Positions 12,191 to 25,706 are shown, numbered from the whole stretch's first letter. The stretch: DNA of 63,832 nucleotides, filler included, from Octopus bimaculoides (GCF_001194135.2; 3 parts of 2 records of this genome joined end to end with filler, not necessarily neighbours in it); one strand, 5' to 3'. A program made the numbers and translations. Notes: generated by a model not told the origin, from the sequence alone.

Positions 12191-13744
12191 ATGCACCTAT
12201 ATACTGCATTTCATGTTGGTTTGGGTAAGTCTTGATGCATTTTTGGACATATATGATTGACAAGTGTTTAGTGCTAGCTGTAAATTATGCACAGCTGAAA
12301 GTTTTCACATACTATTCACTGGTGTACAATTACTCAACATAACCTACAGATACAGAACTCTCAAGAACAACTCAATCACAAACATACTCATAATCCAGAA
12401 GGATAAAATAAACTTCTCTCATCTGCACACTTGTACAAATAGCTTGCATACTCAATTAACCTCAAAAGCAACATGTGCACACAAATGTACTGTATTTACA
12501 TGCACAACAAAATGCAGACAAACACACTATAGTGTGTGAGATGATTATGTTTTTAGGATATTGTCATAACAGTAGTATTCTGCAGTATGTGTGGATGTGT
12601 GAAGTTTCATGTACTGATGGGGCTCTGGTGTAAATGGGTTAAACTTTGCCCTAGTAACAGTCTGTGTTCCTTGCATGTCCAACTGATCTTTCCTTTTTAG
12701 TACTTTTTAGCATTTTTGTTTTACTGCGTAGGCGATCTGCAGGTGTGGTGTATGTAAAACATGTGAGAGTGAGTTGTGTGCTGCTTTGTTAGTTATTATA
12801 GTGTATTTTGTAATTTATTGCAGAGTGATCAGGGGCACAAGTTATGTTGGTATCACTCGTCTATGATGAACATGATGGTGCTTCAAATTAGGGAAGATAA
12901 TTACTTATGCTTTTATTACTATTTTATTTGAATTTACATTTTTCCAGAACATAAAGAATCATAAAAAAACAAAAATTACATCTTCTTCCTAATTATATTC
13001 TGGTAGGTATGTATGCCAAGTTACATTTATTTCCTGGTGCTATTTTTTTATCAGAAGGAATGTCAAAAATTGTGGTTCAGAGCTACTACTTGAGTTGAAA
13101 TAATTTTTTTTTTCACTTTTGACACTGTATTAGTTGGAATTAACTAAGTCAGGTATTTCTTGCTTTCCCATGAGTAACTATGAAATAATCAATTATATTG
13201 GGAAATTTCAATGCTTGTTCCTTGCATTATTTCCTGTATTTCAACACCACATTATTTTAAAATTTGTTGTGATATTATTCTATAGACTGTTATAAAATGA
13301 TTAAAGATTTTAGGCAAAGGAATTGGTATAGCCAGATGATATCTCTCACCTGTAATGGCTTTTTTTAAGTGGAGAAGGTAAATGTGAATTTGATCTGTAC
13401 CAGATAAAGCCTGACTAAATTTAAATTAAAAGAATATTTCCAACATTATATACATAAGCCAATCCAATCACCCAATCTCAGATGAACTAACACTACATCT
13501 TCAAATAATTGACCACTCTCCCATACTGTAATACAAAAGTAATGATTAGCTATGAATCTGCTTCTTTTTCAATATCTCATATTTTCACTCTTGTGTTAAT
13601 TTGACAAATGAATGAGAACACTAAAATATAGTCAGAGCCATGTCTAACAATTCCAGCTTGTGTTTTGTTTGCATGACCAATATGTGGAAAACTGAACAGA
13701 ATGAAAATAAAACATATTTGTATTAATACTATTCTATATTTTTA

Positions 13745-13860
13745 AGATAAGGAATTATGTGCATTATCTACAATAGACAGATTGGTGTTCTCACTTTGCT
13801 TGTTGTTACCACTATATTTCGGCTGATGTACTCTCCAGCCTTCATCAGGTTTCTGGTGAA
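13745..13860 (-). ncRNA. Inverted, 5'-truncated PLE terminal repeat with degenerate hammerhead
   Basis: Minus strand CCTGATGA-A-GGCTG-gagagtacat-CAGCC-GAAA-tatagtggt; roughly 80% similar by eye to 14215-14320. Confidence 0.75.
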
Positions 13861-13869
13861 AAAAAAAAG

Positions 13870-14010
13870 TTTTTGACAGAGAACAGTACTAGAAAATGCA
13901 AAAATTAAAAGACACAACACATATACTAGGACACAATAACTTCCTAAGCAGACCTAATGCAGATATGAATGTAATATGGGAACCAGTATTAAGAAAAGAT
14001 AAAATATTAA
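13870..14010 (+). mobile_element. Probable C-terminal end of a Penelope-like ORF
   Basis: RTVLENAKIKRH / ILGHNNFLSRPNADMNVIWEPVLRK resembles the R..E...I....N.....IW.P.L terminus of PLE endonucleases, and it sits between two HHR-bearing repeats. Confidence 0.5.
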
Positions 14011-14042
14011 GTTTATGAGTTCCAAAATCCACTCTATAATTG

Positions 14043-14330
14043 CCTATGGGCATATAGCATAGTGGATAAGAGTGCGGGCTACTAACCCTTGGATTCCAAG
14101 TTCAATCCCAGGCAGGGACTTGGGAAATAATATCACCAAAAAATAACATCAGCACAAAAAGAATACTTTAGGAATGAGAATAGAGTACCTCAAATAAAGA
14201 GTTGGGTTTGAAATTCCACCAGAACACCTGATGAAGGCTGGAAAGTACATCAGCTGAAATGTTGTGGTAGCAACAAACAACGTGAGGACACCTATCCATA
14301 TATTGTAAATAATGTATATTTGCATTACTA
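14043..14330 (+). mobile_element. PLE terminal repeat/SINE-like unit: tRNA-like head (14043-14120) plus hammerhead (14223-14268)
   Basis: A box TAGCATAGTGG at 14055-14065, B box AGTTCAATCC at 14099-14108; HHR AACAC-CTGATGA-A-GGCTG..CAGCT-GAAATGTT-GTGGT. Confidence 0.75.
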
Positions 14331-14559
14331 GTTGAGAAACACTATTTAGAGCTTAGTTTTATACAACTGTACATACCTAAAACATGTAGATCTGCACTCT
14401 GTAATGCAGACAATCATACAATAAAAATTGAATAACTGAATAATAATGATGATAATAACAATAAGAATAACAATAATAATAATAATAATAAATGTAGTAA
14501 GCTGGCCCAAAAGCACTACAAAAGGAGGCATGATAATGTGGCTAAGTTTGTCCACCGAA

Positions 14560-15010
14560 GGCTATGTGAAATGTACAACCTGAACAGAGCACAGAAATAG
14601 TATGAACATGAACCAGAAGGAGTCACCAAGAACAAGGAACATAAGATACTGTGGGATTTTACAATCTAATGTGACTCCCCAGTAGAGGCTCAGAGACAAT
14701 ATATTGTGGTAGATAAAAGAAACCAAGATCATAGATATTGCAATACCTGGAGATGCATGCATAAGTGACAAAGAACTAGAAGGGATTGAAAAGTACAGAC
14801 GACTAAAAGATGAAATTGCAACAATGTGGACTATGAAGAGAGTGTCTATCATTCCAGTAGTTGTAGGAGCACTTGGAGCACTCACAACCAAGTTCGAGAA
14901 ATATGTCAAAGAAATTGGAATTGACAAGAGAGTAGAGCAAACCCAAAAAACTGCTCTGCTGGGAACAGCAAGGATTTTGAGATTGGTACTTGGATATCAA
15001 ATGTCTCCTA
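14560..15010 (+). mobile_element. 3' fragment of an R4/Dong-type LINE next to (AAT)n
   Basis: ILWDFTI; IIDIAIPGD-like; MWTMKRVSIIPVVVGALG...QKTALLGTARILRLVL. Confidence 0.85.
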
Positions 15011-15126
15011 TGGTAATTAACAACCGAGTATTTTATTGACCTCAAAAGAATGAAGAGCAAAAGGGCAAAAATTGAGCAGGTAGAATTTGAACTCACAATG
15101 TAAAGATGGACAAGCTGCTGCTGCTG

Positions 15127-15186
<60 letters not shown>

Positions 15187-15985
15187 TAATACTACTACTA
15201 CTACTAATAATAATAATGATGATGATGATGATGATGATTCCTTGCAGAAGTACTGCTATACAAGCTCCAAAGGAGTAATATGATCACAAATGGATTCACC
15301 ATAATACATAACTGGTATTTTTGGCATCATGCAAAATGACAAGAAATGTCAACCCTGACTGAATTGTTTTGAGAACATGTATCTACAACGTGAAAAATAA
15401 AAGTTAATTTATTTTTATTGCATCAAATCTACTTTCTATGATGTCATCATAGAAATATTAAACAAGTTAAAAATTGTATTAATTAAAATAGAAACCAACT
15501 TTATGATAGAAACCAATATTAAATGCTATAATCATTTCAGGTCCTTTTTAAAATTACGAATGCAGAACACATACATTATCTCTCTAGACCCAGCAGTCAA
15601 TCAACAAATTTCATTTGAAGTTTTCTGAAATTAATTCTAAATCTATAAAGTTATTGATTATAGATATATTTATCATAGCTAAATCATTAGAATTAGTGGC
15701 ATTTCGGAGTGAAACAGTTGGAAGAATAGAAATTTAATAGTTTTAATGAGATCATTTGAAGAATAGTATTGAAATCTCTTTCAAGAATGCTATGAATTTG
15801 TCTTTAGAATCTGATTCAAATAAAGAAATTATCAGAGCTACAAAAAAATGAGTTTTAACAAATTCACTTTCTTATTCTAAATATATTCTTTCCTTTTTAA
15901 TCAAAAAGATAATGATCAAGAATATTTCTGCATGACTTTAAATCCTATCTTTTAATTAATTAGTAATGCATTATTATTACTATTA

Positions 15986-16028
<43 letters not shown>

Positions 16029-18599
16029 GTATTATTTACAAAATATTTTAACTTTCTTTCGTTGTTTGGGGATGGAGATTTGATATTTAAAATATTCAGT
16101 GTATAATTAAAATACTTTCCTCATATGAATAAATAAATACTGGCATTTTGTAGATTTTGATCTTAAATTATTATGAAAATTTTTATTTTAAAGTCACTTA
16201 TTTGTAAAGATAAGCTCTGCAAGCAGAGTAACAACATTTTTATTTCATTTTTATCATTTTGAGTTCTTATCAGCAGAATATTTTTAATACTTAATAATAA
16301 TTCTTTTTACAAATGAAATGATGAAATATTTAGAATGTAAGTAAAAGAAAAAAAATTGACAAATAAATGAATTTCTGAAATAAAAGAAGTTGGCACCAGA
16401 GATGGAAAACAGGAATTGAAAACCAATTTCTCTAAAGAAACAGAAGTGCTCAGAGAATCAGTGAAGTCACATTAGAATATTTGTCAATATTTTGTTTTGT
16501 GTAAATTTTCCAGTAAAGACCAATGAATAACATTTTATTGTAATTTCAAAACTAAATTCCATGTCTGTTCATTTATTTCTTTTCTTCAATGAAATATCCA
16601 ACAGTAAAAATACTTTAAGCAGACAAATCTATGACTGTGTCCCTGCTTTTGAAATAAATAGCTACATTACTCCTCATATAAAGATGTGTTTTTTGGATCT
16701 TGGTGAACAATATTTTCATAGACCCTCAAAAAGCAGTTTAAAGTACAAGCAATAAAACTTAAACTTAATTGACATAAATGATAATTTTTTAATACTTCAG
16801 AATTAAAGTATCAAAGATATTTTTAATGTACAGTATATCTCTATATATAAGTATCAACACAGCCGAGTACTCCAACAAAATATTTATAAGTTTTACTGTG
16901 TTACTGCTGCTTGTAGTGATGAGCTAGCTGGGTGGATTAGGTAGCTGTAACACTGTTGGGAGTACATAAAATGCTACCCTCCATCCTCTTTAGTTGTCCT
17001 ACGCACTATTGATTTGGCCATGTGTAGTTCATTGTGGAAAGACAACTGTATTCATATACTGCATTATTTTTGTAATTACCCGATCAAAAGTACTAAGGCT
17101 TCATGTTTCTTCATTTGTTTTATGGATAATATTTCTCCATAAATATTATGGAGAATAATGTCAATGCCAGATGCATTTGGAGCTTTGAAATTAGTTTTCC
17201 TTTTGAAACTTGCCTTATACTATTCAAGGTGATATATAAAAAAATTGTGCAGTACTTTCCTGACAGAGCTCACATGTGTTGCTTTTTTGTTCCAAACCAT
17301 CTCTTTTGTAAATGGAAAAAATTTAACTTGGAAATTCATGAAAGAACAACTTATGCAAACAATGCAAAAGTTAACATTGAGCTTAAGCAAGAATTTTATA
17401 CTATTCTTTTGAATTTTATAAGCAATCGTTCTTACAACTTTATTTTGTATATTTTGTGTGTATGTGTGTATTTATGTGTGTGGGTGTTATATTTGTATCA
17501 TTTCAGTGACATGTGCAGCTGTTAATTATTTTGATTCTACTGACCCTACCTAGCACTTTACTATAATCACTGCAACAGTGTGTCAAAACTTTTTATTGTG
17601 CTGCTTTTTCACCCCTACCTACTGTACTTCTCTTGATCGAAGGATGTGAAATTCTGCTACAAGAAGAAAGTAAAGGCTAAAACTGTAGGAATCCATTTTA
17701 TTTCCATATTGAAAGATTAATGGTGAACAGCTGAAAGTGTGATCTGTTGACAATTCAGAAAGAGGTAAGGAATTCCAACAATGGTATTGCAGCAAGAGCA
17801 GTAACAGAGGTAGTATTAGTAGTAGTGCTGAAAAAGAAGAGAACAACAATGCTGATAAAAAATAAAAATTGAAATACAAAGTATCATAGGAAAGAATTCT
17901 AATTTAAAAATAGTTGGCCAAAAGGTAAATTATAATGGAAGATGATGTTATTAGGAGAATCGATGTGAGGTACTTGAGTATTGATTTCAAATATCCCACA
18001 GTTGCTTCCTGTTTCAGTAACTTTTTTTTTGTAAATAAAAGTAAAACAAATGATAGAACAATAGTATTATTACTATAGTAGCAATATAGCAACAGGAACA
18101 GCAGTGAAAAATAAAGGTTAAATTGGATAAAAAGTGGGAAGAATGGAAATTGTGTAAAAAGACATTTGAAACAAAACTTCTGTTTCTGTTGAGGAAATGG
18201 TTTACTTTACTTGTAGAAATAACTAGACGACTGCAGCATGATTACAGAAAAAAAAAATAAAAAATGACAAAACAAATTTCAATATTGGTAAAAGATTTCA
18301 ATACATGAAACAAGTAATATCTGTTGGTTTACTTCAATCGTTCTTGAAATGAGTTATTTTTACACGCATATATGTATACATTGCGGTGTATGTCTTAGAC
18401 ACACACACACACACACACGCGCGCACGCATGCATGCGCGCATATAAAATACATGCACATAATTTTCATCCCAGTTTCTATGCTGATATAGGTTGGACAAA
18501 TTGGTCACAGTAAGAGTCAGCATGTATTTAAGAGTACTGTTCACCTGAGTAGGTCATGGAACCACATCTTTTTTATGTTTCATATTTGACTTGATTTCT

Positions 18600-20323
18600 T
18601 TAGCTGCATGTTCTTCCTTGCACCACCCACTTTACAAAGTGTATTGGGTGCTTCTTTTGTTATCAACACTACAAAAGTGTCATATCCTTGAAAAGACTCA
18701 AGGCTCACCACAACCTCACCACTTACCAGAATGCACAGGTTCTTTTCCATGTCACCTGGACTAGAGAAGTGAACGTTGTCGTTGGTATGACAAAAGGGGC
18801 CTGAAAACTTGTCTCTGCTCACTCTCCAGCCTCTTAACAGATCAAGAAGCATGAGCATTAGAGGCATGAAGGATAGTGTAAGGGAAGAAGTTTGATATTG
18901 AGAGTGATAGCAGTACTCACTATTCTGAGATGAAATATATGTTCAAGGCAAAATAGCTGAGATGATAGGGAGATGATAGAAATCTTTGTGAATTAGAAGA
19001 TACTGACAGAAGTCTTGAAGGTGTGAGAGAAAAGGATCAAGAGTATAATGGCAGACAGAATGACATGGGATGATGACAGGCAGTACAGAGGATGATCAAG
19101 GTAGACTGAACTGGGCACAAGTAGTTCAATACAGCCGCCTACACATAATCTACATGTGAGTTGGAAGAGTTGAGTGATAAGGATAGTGGCTGGGAGAATA
19201 GAAAGTAGATGGGTTCTGTACCAATTAACAGTACAAGGGAATGACAAGGAGAAAGTTAGAACTGATACAGTAGCATCCTTATTTAGAGTGACTGGAAGTA
19301 ATAAATGACAAGCAGAAGTGATCCACTGTCATCCACAGTTGCAGGATTTCTTCAGCTTTCATTTAGTTTGAGCAATTGATATATTTTCGTACAACTGACC
19401 TTCACTGCTCACATCACAAGCCGATTCTAATACAGTCTTTACTATTACTCACTACGCTTAATAAATTTTGCATTCACTTTTTTGTCTCCGCTCATTTGGG
19501 TTCTTTCCTTGGTGTATACTAGTATTACATGACTGATAAATCATTTTCACTGCATTTCTTTCTAGCCTTCATAGATCCTCTGTGTTCAAGGCTCATTTCT
19601 CACAACTATGCAAGCATCCCATATTTCACACAGTTCTTACAAATCATTTATCCTCATCAAGATCCCTCAGTGACCATCAGAACATAGAACAGGGAACCCT
19701 ATTAAGTCCTTCTTTTTGTCAACAAAAGTTAGGTTGTAGTAGCCTATTCCTGGCTTATTTCTCCTGCAGCTGTTGCATTAGGAAGATGGCATCAGTAGTA
19801 CTTTTCATGGCACAAAACCAAACTGCATTACATCTAATCTCCTCTCTAAAGCATCCATTTCAAACTGTATCAGTTGACAATAACACTGCTATGCCAGTCA
19901 TTAGGTATAACACTCTCCTGTACTACTTGATCCACTATGCAGATGACCAGTCCATATCCCACTCTCCCAGATATTTTAAGCATCTTACTAAGGATTTCTA
20001 AATGACCAGATGCTTTCCTGCCTTCAAATCCTTAATCACACTATCTATCATATTGCTGTAAATTGGATTAATGGTCCTCATTTCTCCTCTTTTATTCTTT
20101 TACTTTTTTACTTGCTTCAGTCATTTGATTGCGGCCATGCTGGAGCACTGCCTTTATTCGAGCAAATCAACCCCAGGACTTATTCTTTGTAAGCCTAGTA
20201 CTTACTCTATCGGTCTCTTTTGCCAAACTGCAAAGTTATGGGGACGTAAACACACCATCATCGGTTGTCAAGTGATGTTGGGGGGACAAACACAGACACC
20301 CAAATATATACACACACATACAT

Positions 20324-20392
<69 letters not shown>

Positions 20393-21390
20393 TATACACA
20401 CATATATGATGAGCTTCTTTCATTTTCCGTCTACCAAATCCACTCACAAGGCTTTGGTCGGCCCGAGTCTATAGTAGAAGACACTTGCCCAAAGTGTCAT
20501 GCAGTGAGACTGAACCTGGAACCATGTGATTGGTAAGTAAGCTACTTATCACACAGCCACTCCTGCTCCTGTGTATATTCTTCATTCAACAGCCACTTGT
20601 GATAACACTTCCATGCATCTTTTCACTGTTAGTTTTACTATCATCTTTTGCAATGTTCTCGTTTTCTCTCACACACTGTCTTGCAATCTGAAATACTTCA
20701 TGCCTCTGATCCACATATATTAGAACATTTGCAGTTATTTACTCTGTGCTTGTCTTCTTGCTAGATTCTCTTGACAACTTTTATCTCTTTTTGCAAGTTT
20801 GTATTGCTTTTCGCTGCCCACCTGTCTTTCCAAGTCTGTCTTTTAGCCTTCATGGCTTTCTCTACAGAACTATTTTACCTCTATGTCAGCCTATTTTTGG
20901 TCAGAACCTTGACCCAGCCATAGATTAGATCTGCCACACTCAGTAGGTTATCCTGTAGAAAATCCCAGTTGTCCTCTATGCTATTACTTTCAATCTCCTC
21001 TATCTGGTCATCCATGTCATTTGATATTCTCTAAATTGCTTCTTCTTGTTTTCTCTTTCAGCTTCCATATTCTCCTTCACCAGATTGTCTTCTTTACATA
21101 TGTCTGCCTAATGCTTACTCTGAAGTCATAAACCATTATTTTATGCTTGGTGGTGCACTTTCACCAGGGATGGCCTTAGCATTCACAGCCATCAGTCTTT
21201 ATCTTTACCTAGAAAGAGTGCAGTCTGTCTGGTTACTATTTTCATTTGATTTGTAGATTATAGGACAGCTTGATGGATTCTTGAAGTAGATGCTGCAGAT
21301 GATAAGGTAATACAGGATGTTCAGGCTAAACTTGACAGCCAGCTTGCATAAAGTAAAAAAAAACAAACACAATATCCCATCCAAAAATAA
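18600..21390 (-). mobile_element. Highly degraded RTE LINE interrupted by a SINE
   Basis: Minus-strand L.FVDKKKD.. RT motif (~19700-19730) and endonuclease-region remnants (20900-21250); many stops. Confidence 0.55.
20095..20570 (-). mobile_element. Full-length tRNA-derived SINE family B (CORE-like core, internal TA/CA microsatellite)
   Basis: Head GGAGTGGCTGTGTGATAAGTAG..GGTTCAGTC; core CTTTGGGCAAGTGTCTTCTACTATAG; tail CAAATGACTGAAGCAAGTAAAAA. Further copies at 22170-22430, 24615-24830, 26225-26395, 36220-36400, 41530-41660, 45460-46030 and 50850-51300. Confidence 0.85.
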
Positions 21391-21399
21391 ATTATAAAT

Positions 21400-21800
21400 A
21401 GATTATAACTGGGAGATAATGTTTTACTCAAAATAGCTGTACTTAGCTTCCACCATGGCCTGAAAGCAGCTTTGGAACCTGGTGCATGTGTTCCTTACTG
21501 TGTCCCTGGGAAAATCTTTAAGTACCTCCTTGATCTTGATCACCAGCTTGGCCTTGGTGCTATAGACAGAGCAGCTGGTATCTTTCTCAACCGCACCCTA
21601 CACATAGTATTCTATGGGATTACAATTGGGGGAATTAGGAAGCCAGAGATTGGTGCTGGTGAAGTTGTAGAAATTCTCTGACAACCACTTCTGACTCTTT
21701 CTGGAGTTATGGCAAGGAGGTGAACCCTGCTGCCACACATATCCTTTGAGAGTTATTTTTTTCTCTTTTACAAATATATTCAAATTATCAACCATTTCTT
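21400..21800 (-). mobile_element. Tc1/mariner maT (DD37D-type) transposase 3' remnant
   Basis: YVWQQGSPPCHNSRKSQKWLSENFYNFTSTNLWLPNSPNCNPIEYYV*GAVEKDT matches the WQQD.AP.H...WPPNSPD.NP.DY.VWG motif. Confidence 0.85.
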
Positions 21801-22573
21801 CATCTTATTCAGTACCAAACTAATACAACTTTTCTCTCCTGTCCTTCCTTTGTGTATGTTTGTGTGTGTGTGTGTTGAGTATACTTGAGTATTTTTTTAA
21901 TCCACTCTGACTAGAAGAGATCAACTTGTACTTGTACAGAATTGCCTCCTAGGTTCAGACTCTCCTAGATTACCACTTCAGACAGTCCTAGATTATCATT
22001 TCAGATAATTTCAGATTTATTTTTTTATATACTTATTACATACATAATGCATGTGAGTGTATATGTATGTGTATTCATAGCTTTTTTGCTTCAAGATCCA
22101 CCATTCTAAAAAATAATTATTTCATATTCTCTTGAAGTATTTAAAAATTCTTGACATCAGCAATATACATATAGTGCATGGGTAGCTGTGGGGTAAGAGG
22201 TTGGCTTCCCAACCATGTGGTTCTGGGTTCAGTTCCACTGCAGGACACATTTGCTGTTTTCTCTTTTAGCCCCAGGCCAACCAAAGCTTAGTGAGAGGAT
22301 TTGGCAGATGGAAACTGAAAGAAGCCGATTGTATATGTATGTATGTGTGTATATTTGTGTTTGTCTCCCACCGCAACTTGGCAGTTGGAGTTGGTTTCTT
22401 TACATCCCCTTGACCTACTGGGTCTTCACTTGTTGAGCCTTACTGATGAGATGACAAAGGATCCTGACACCTGGCAGTTTGCTGTGCTTGAGAAGATATG
22501 CCAAGCATAGAAGATGGACATTGAATAATGATGATGATTCATATATATAATATATACAAGTGTGTGTGTGAAT

Positions 22574-22627
<54 letters not shown>

Positions 22628-23328
22628 GACAAGTTATAAATAATGGGCATTACATACTTTTCCTTTATTAGAGCAAATTTGCCTTACAGCTGTTTCCAGT
22701 AGTCATTATAGGTATGTTACTGATAGATTTACTCAATTGGTCTATTGATCAGTTGAGGAAAATTGAACAACCTAAAAAAATTAATGCTACTTTTGTGAGA
22801 GCCATTTCTGGTTATAGCAAAGTAGAACACTGAAAGAATGGTGAGTGCATGGAGGAGGGAGGAAAAGATGGAAAGATGCAAGTAGAATAGAGAAAAAGAG
22901 GAAGATAGGTTACAGAAGGGTGAAGAGAAGTAAGGAAAGAATAGAGGAAGAGGTCACTTAATAGAAGCAGGAGTTTAGGAAAAAAAATGACAGTCATAGC
23001 ATTAGTGTTTGTAGTCAGGTCAGCACACACGAACATATTAGTATCGATTTTAGGTTAGATATTCTCCAAATGTTGTGTTGAAATTTGATATGGGCCATTT
23101 ATACACATGGTCAACCAGAGTTTTTAATATTTGGTCATTGGCACTATCAAGCATAGTGGGGTTATTGCACTAGATGATGAATGAAATATCGGTGGTAATC
23201 ATATTTTGATGTAGAGGTCGAAAAAGCTCTGATTAGCTAGGATATATGAGAGATGTGAGGTAAAGTCAAGTTGAGTTGGTGAAATTAACCTCATTACATG
23301 AGTTATAAAATTGATGGATTAAAATTTG

Positions 23329-24401
23329 GGATCTGTTCAATTTGGCTCACAGATATTTTAATTAATTTTTTTAACCAAGTAGTTTGAAACTTCGTATACT
23401 GGTGGAATGTCTCACCTAGAACACGGTTTACTTCGAACATTTTTGACAAAATTTCTTATTTTAGAACTATTTCATGTTAAAGTTGTTGTATTTGGCCAAT
23501 CAATGACATGTATTCATTGAAGAAAAATACTGCTGTTTGCATCAATAATCAAAGAGGAACAACTTCCGAGTCATCTCTACTAAATGTCACCACTCTGTTC
23601 TATTTTTTTTTTTTACTGCCTGTGTTGCATATTACACACTTTATTATTTTTTTTTTTTGGTTCTTGCATTAGAGTAACCAGTAAACATATAGAGTTATGG
23701 GTCTGCAGCTAGCTTTTTGTTGTTGACATGTATGTAGTTTCAAAATACCTTATTTTACAACTATGAGATGTATTGTCATTTTTATGATTTTTATCTTACT
23801 ATAATCAACAACAAACACATTTTGTCAATATAAATTGGATTAAATATAACATTATCAAAACATGAAGGTAAAATAAAAACAAATATGCTGTGTTTTCTTC
23901 CAGGCACCAATGTACTATAGTCGTAAGCCGCACTCTGAATTTTCCAGGTAAAAAATAACGGCTTATATACCGGAAAATATAGTAATTGTAGTGGCAGTGA
24001 CAAGTTTGCACGCTGGTTGCTAGTGACTGTCTGCCAGTAGGGAGAGAAATAGTTAGAAATGCAGGGTGCTAACTAGAAAGGATAATTGGCATTATCTTCG
24101 CCTGACATACAAATAGAACAGAGTGGTGACATTTAGTAGAGATGACCCGGAAGCTGTTCCTCTTTGATTACTATCGCAAACAGCAGTAGCATTCTTCAAC
24201 TTAGTATACATTGTTGATTGGCTAAGATTACCCAAATATGACAACTTTAACACAAAATAACTTTTAAAATACGAAATTTTGTCAAAAATGTTCAAAGTAA
24301 ACTGTGTTCTGGGTGAGAAATTCCACCAGTATATGAAGTTTCAAACTGTTTAGTTAAAGAAAAATTAACTAAAAAATCTGTGCACCAAACTGAACAGATC
24401 C
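23329..24401. repeat. Long inverted repeat (arms 23329-23605 and 24111-24401) around a 505-bp spacer
   Basis: The arms align end to end by eye at roughly 80-85% identity, and the inner ends are identical (GTCATCTCTACTAAATGTCACCACTCTGTTCTATTT). Confidence 0.9.
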
Positions 24402-24850
24402 ATTAAAATTAAAATTTCTAAATTTAGCATTAAAGCAAACTAAATATTAAAAGAATCAAATAATTTTAAGAAATAATAGGTGATACTAAGACAATAATGA
24501 TGATGATGACAACATCAACGTCCACAGCACTAATAATTATATAACACACACATACACACACACACTCACAAACACACATATATGTATATAAATATATATA
24601 TTCATTTATTCTTTTACTTGTTTCAGTCATATGATTGCAACCATGCTAGAGCATCACCTCGAAGGGTTTTAGTCAAAAAAATAGACCCCAGAACTTATTT
24701 TCTAAAGCCTAATACTTATTCTATTAGTCTCTTTTTGCCAAACTGCTAAGTTACGGGGATGTAAACACATGAACATTGGTTGTCAAGTGGTGATAGGTGA
24801 CAAACACAGACACAAAGACACACACATGCATGCATACATACATACATACA

Positions 24851-24881
<31 letters not shown>

Positions 24882-25610
24882 CACCATCATCGTCGTTTAA
24901 TGTCCGCTTTCCATGCTAGCATGGGTTGGACGATTTGACTGAGGACTGGTGGACCAGGAGGCGACACCAGGCTCCAATCTGATTTGGCAGAGTTTCTACA
25001 GCTGGATGCCTTTCCTAACGCCAACCACTCCGAGATAGTAAAATGACAACTGACAAGAATAGAACACTGGTAGATGAACCTTTTATTGTCAAAAGCAGTA
25101 AAACTAACATTATCAAGAGTGCCACTGCTCAAATCTTAAAACTCCTTCATAGGTTGCAAATAAGATTTGAAGAAAAAAAAAATGAGTTTGAAAGAAATCA
25201 ACAACACAGATGTATAAACTTCAACAGCTTATTCCAATGCACAGTTGAGCAAGAGGAAAGTAATTTCATTGAAGTCTAAACAATAAATGATGCAACAGTA
25301 GGCAGTCATACAGAATTGGATGAGCTTCTGATAACAAACTGGTTTACCTTACGTTCTCAAAATTATACTCAGTTACTTCAACAGGAGTAACAGAAAGCAA
25401 GGCTTAATATTAACCAGTAATCCTTTAACTATAGTCATTTGTTTCAAATACATTTACAGCAACGGTCCAGCAGAGTTGTGGAAGCAGATAAAATATTATT
25501 TTTGGAGGGATGTAAATTACATTGGACATCATGCAGCATTTGAAACATCACACTCAGGGAAAAAGCTTTTGTTACATTACACCAACAATGAGTTAATGTA
25601 ATCATATCAC

Positions 25611-25706
25611 TTAAGTTTTATTTCTTTGATCAAAGGATCACCAGTAAAGAATCTATCAGCCTCACAATCATAATTTGGACAATCCCTTCTTAACATCCAA
25701 TAAATA
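25611..25706 (-). CDS. Candidate 96-nt symmetric (phase 2-2) exon of an unidentified host gene
   Basis: ctttaattcag|T-IYWMLRRDCPNYDCEADRFFTGDPLIKEIKL-AA|gtgata; non-repetitive. No family recognised and the donor is mediocre. Confidence 0.2.

Noticed and set aside
13350-13525. 176-nt minus-strand segment with strong acceptor and donor (as has 27331-27506), each with two stops in the best frame; considered A-to-I stop-to-Trp restoration
   Set aside because: About two stops per 58 codons in the best of three frames is near chance for AT-rich DNA, and TAA would need double editing. There is no homology support. Revisit only if RNA-seq shows these junctions.
14043-14120. Possible tRNA gene
   Set aside because: No convincing acceptor stem or terminator, and it is embedded in a dispersed repeat. 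All tRNA-like sequences here are SINE or repeat heads.
15500-16800. Possible decayed hAT transposase
   Set aside because: Only a vague impression of coding decay; no diagnostic motif or TIR found.
25043-25560. Interrupted plus-strand ORF MTTDKNRTLVDEPF...
   Set aside because: Multiple stops, no recognisable domain and no splice support.
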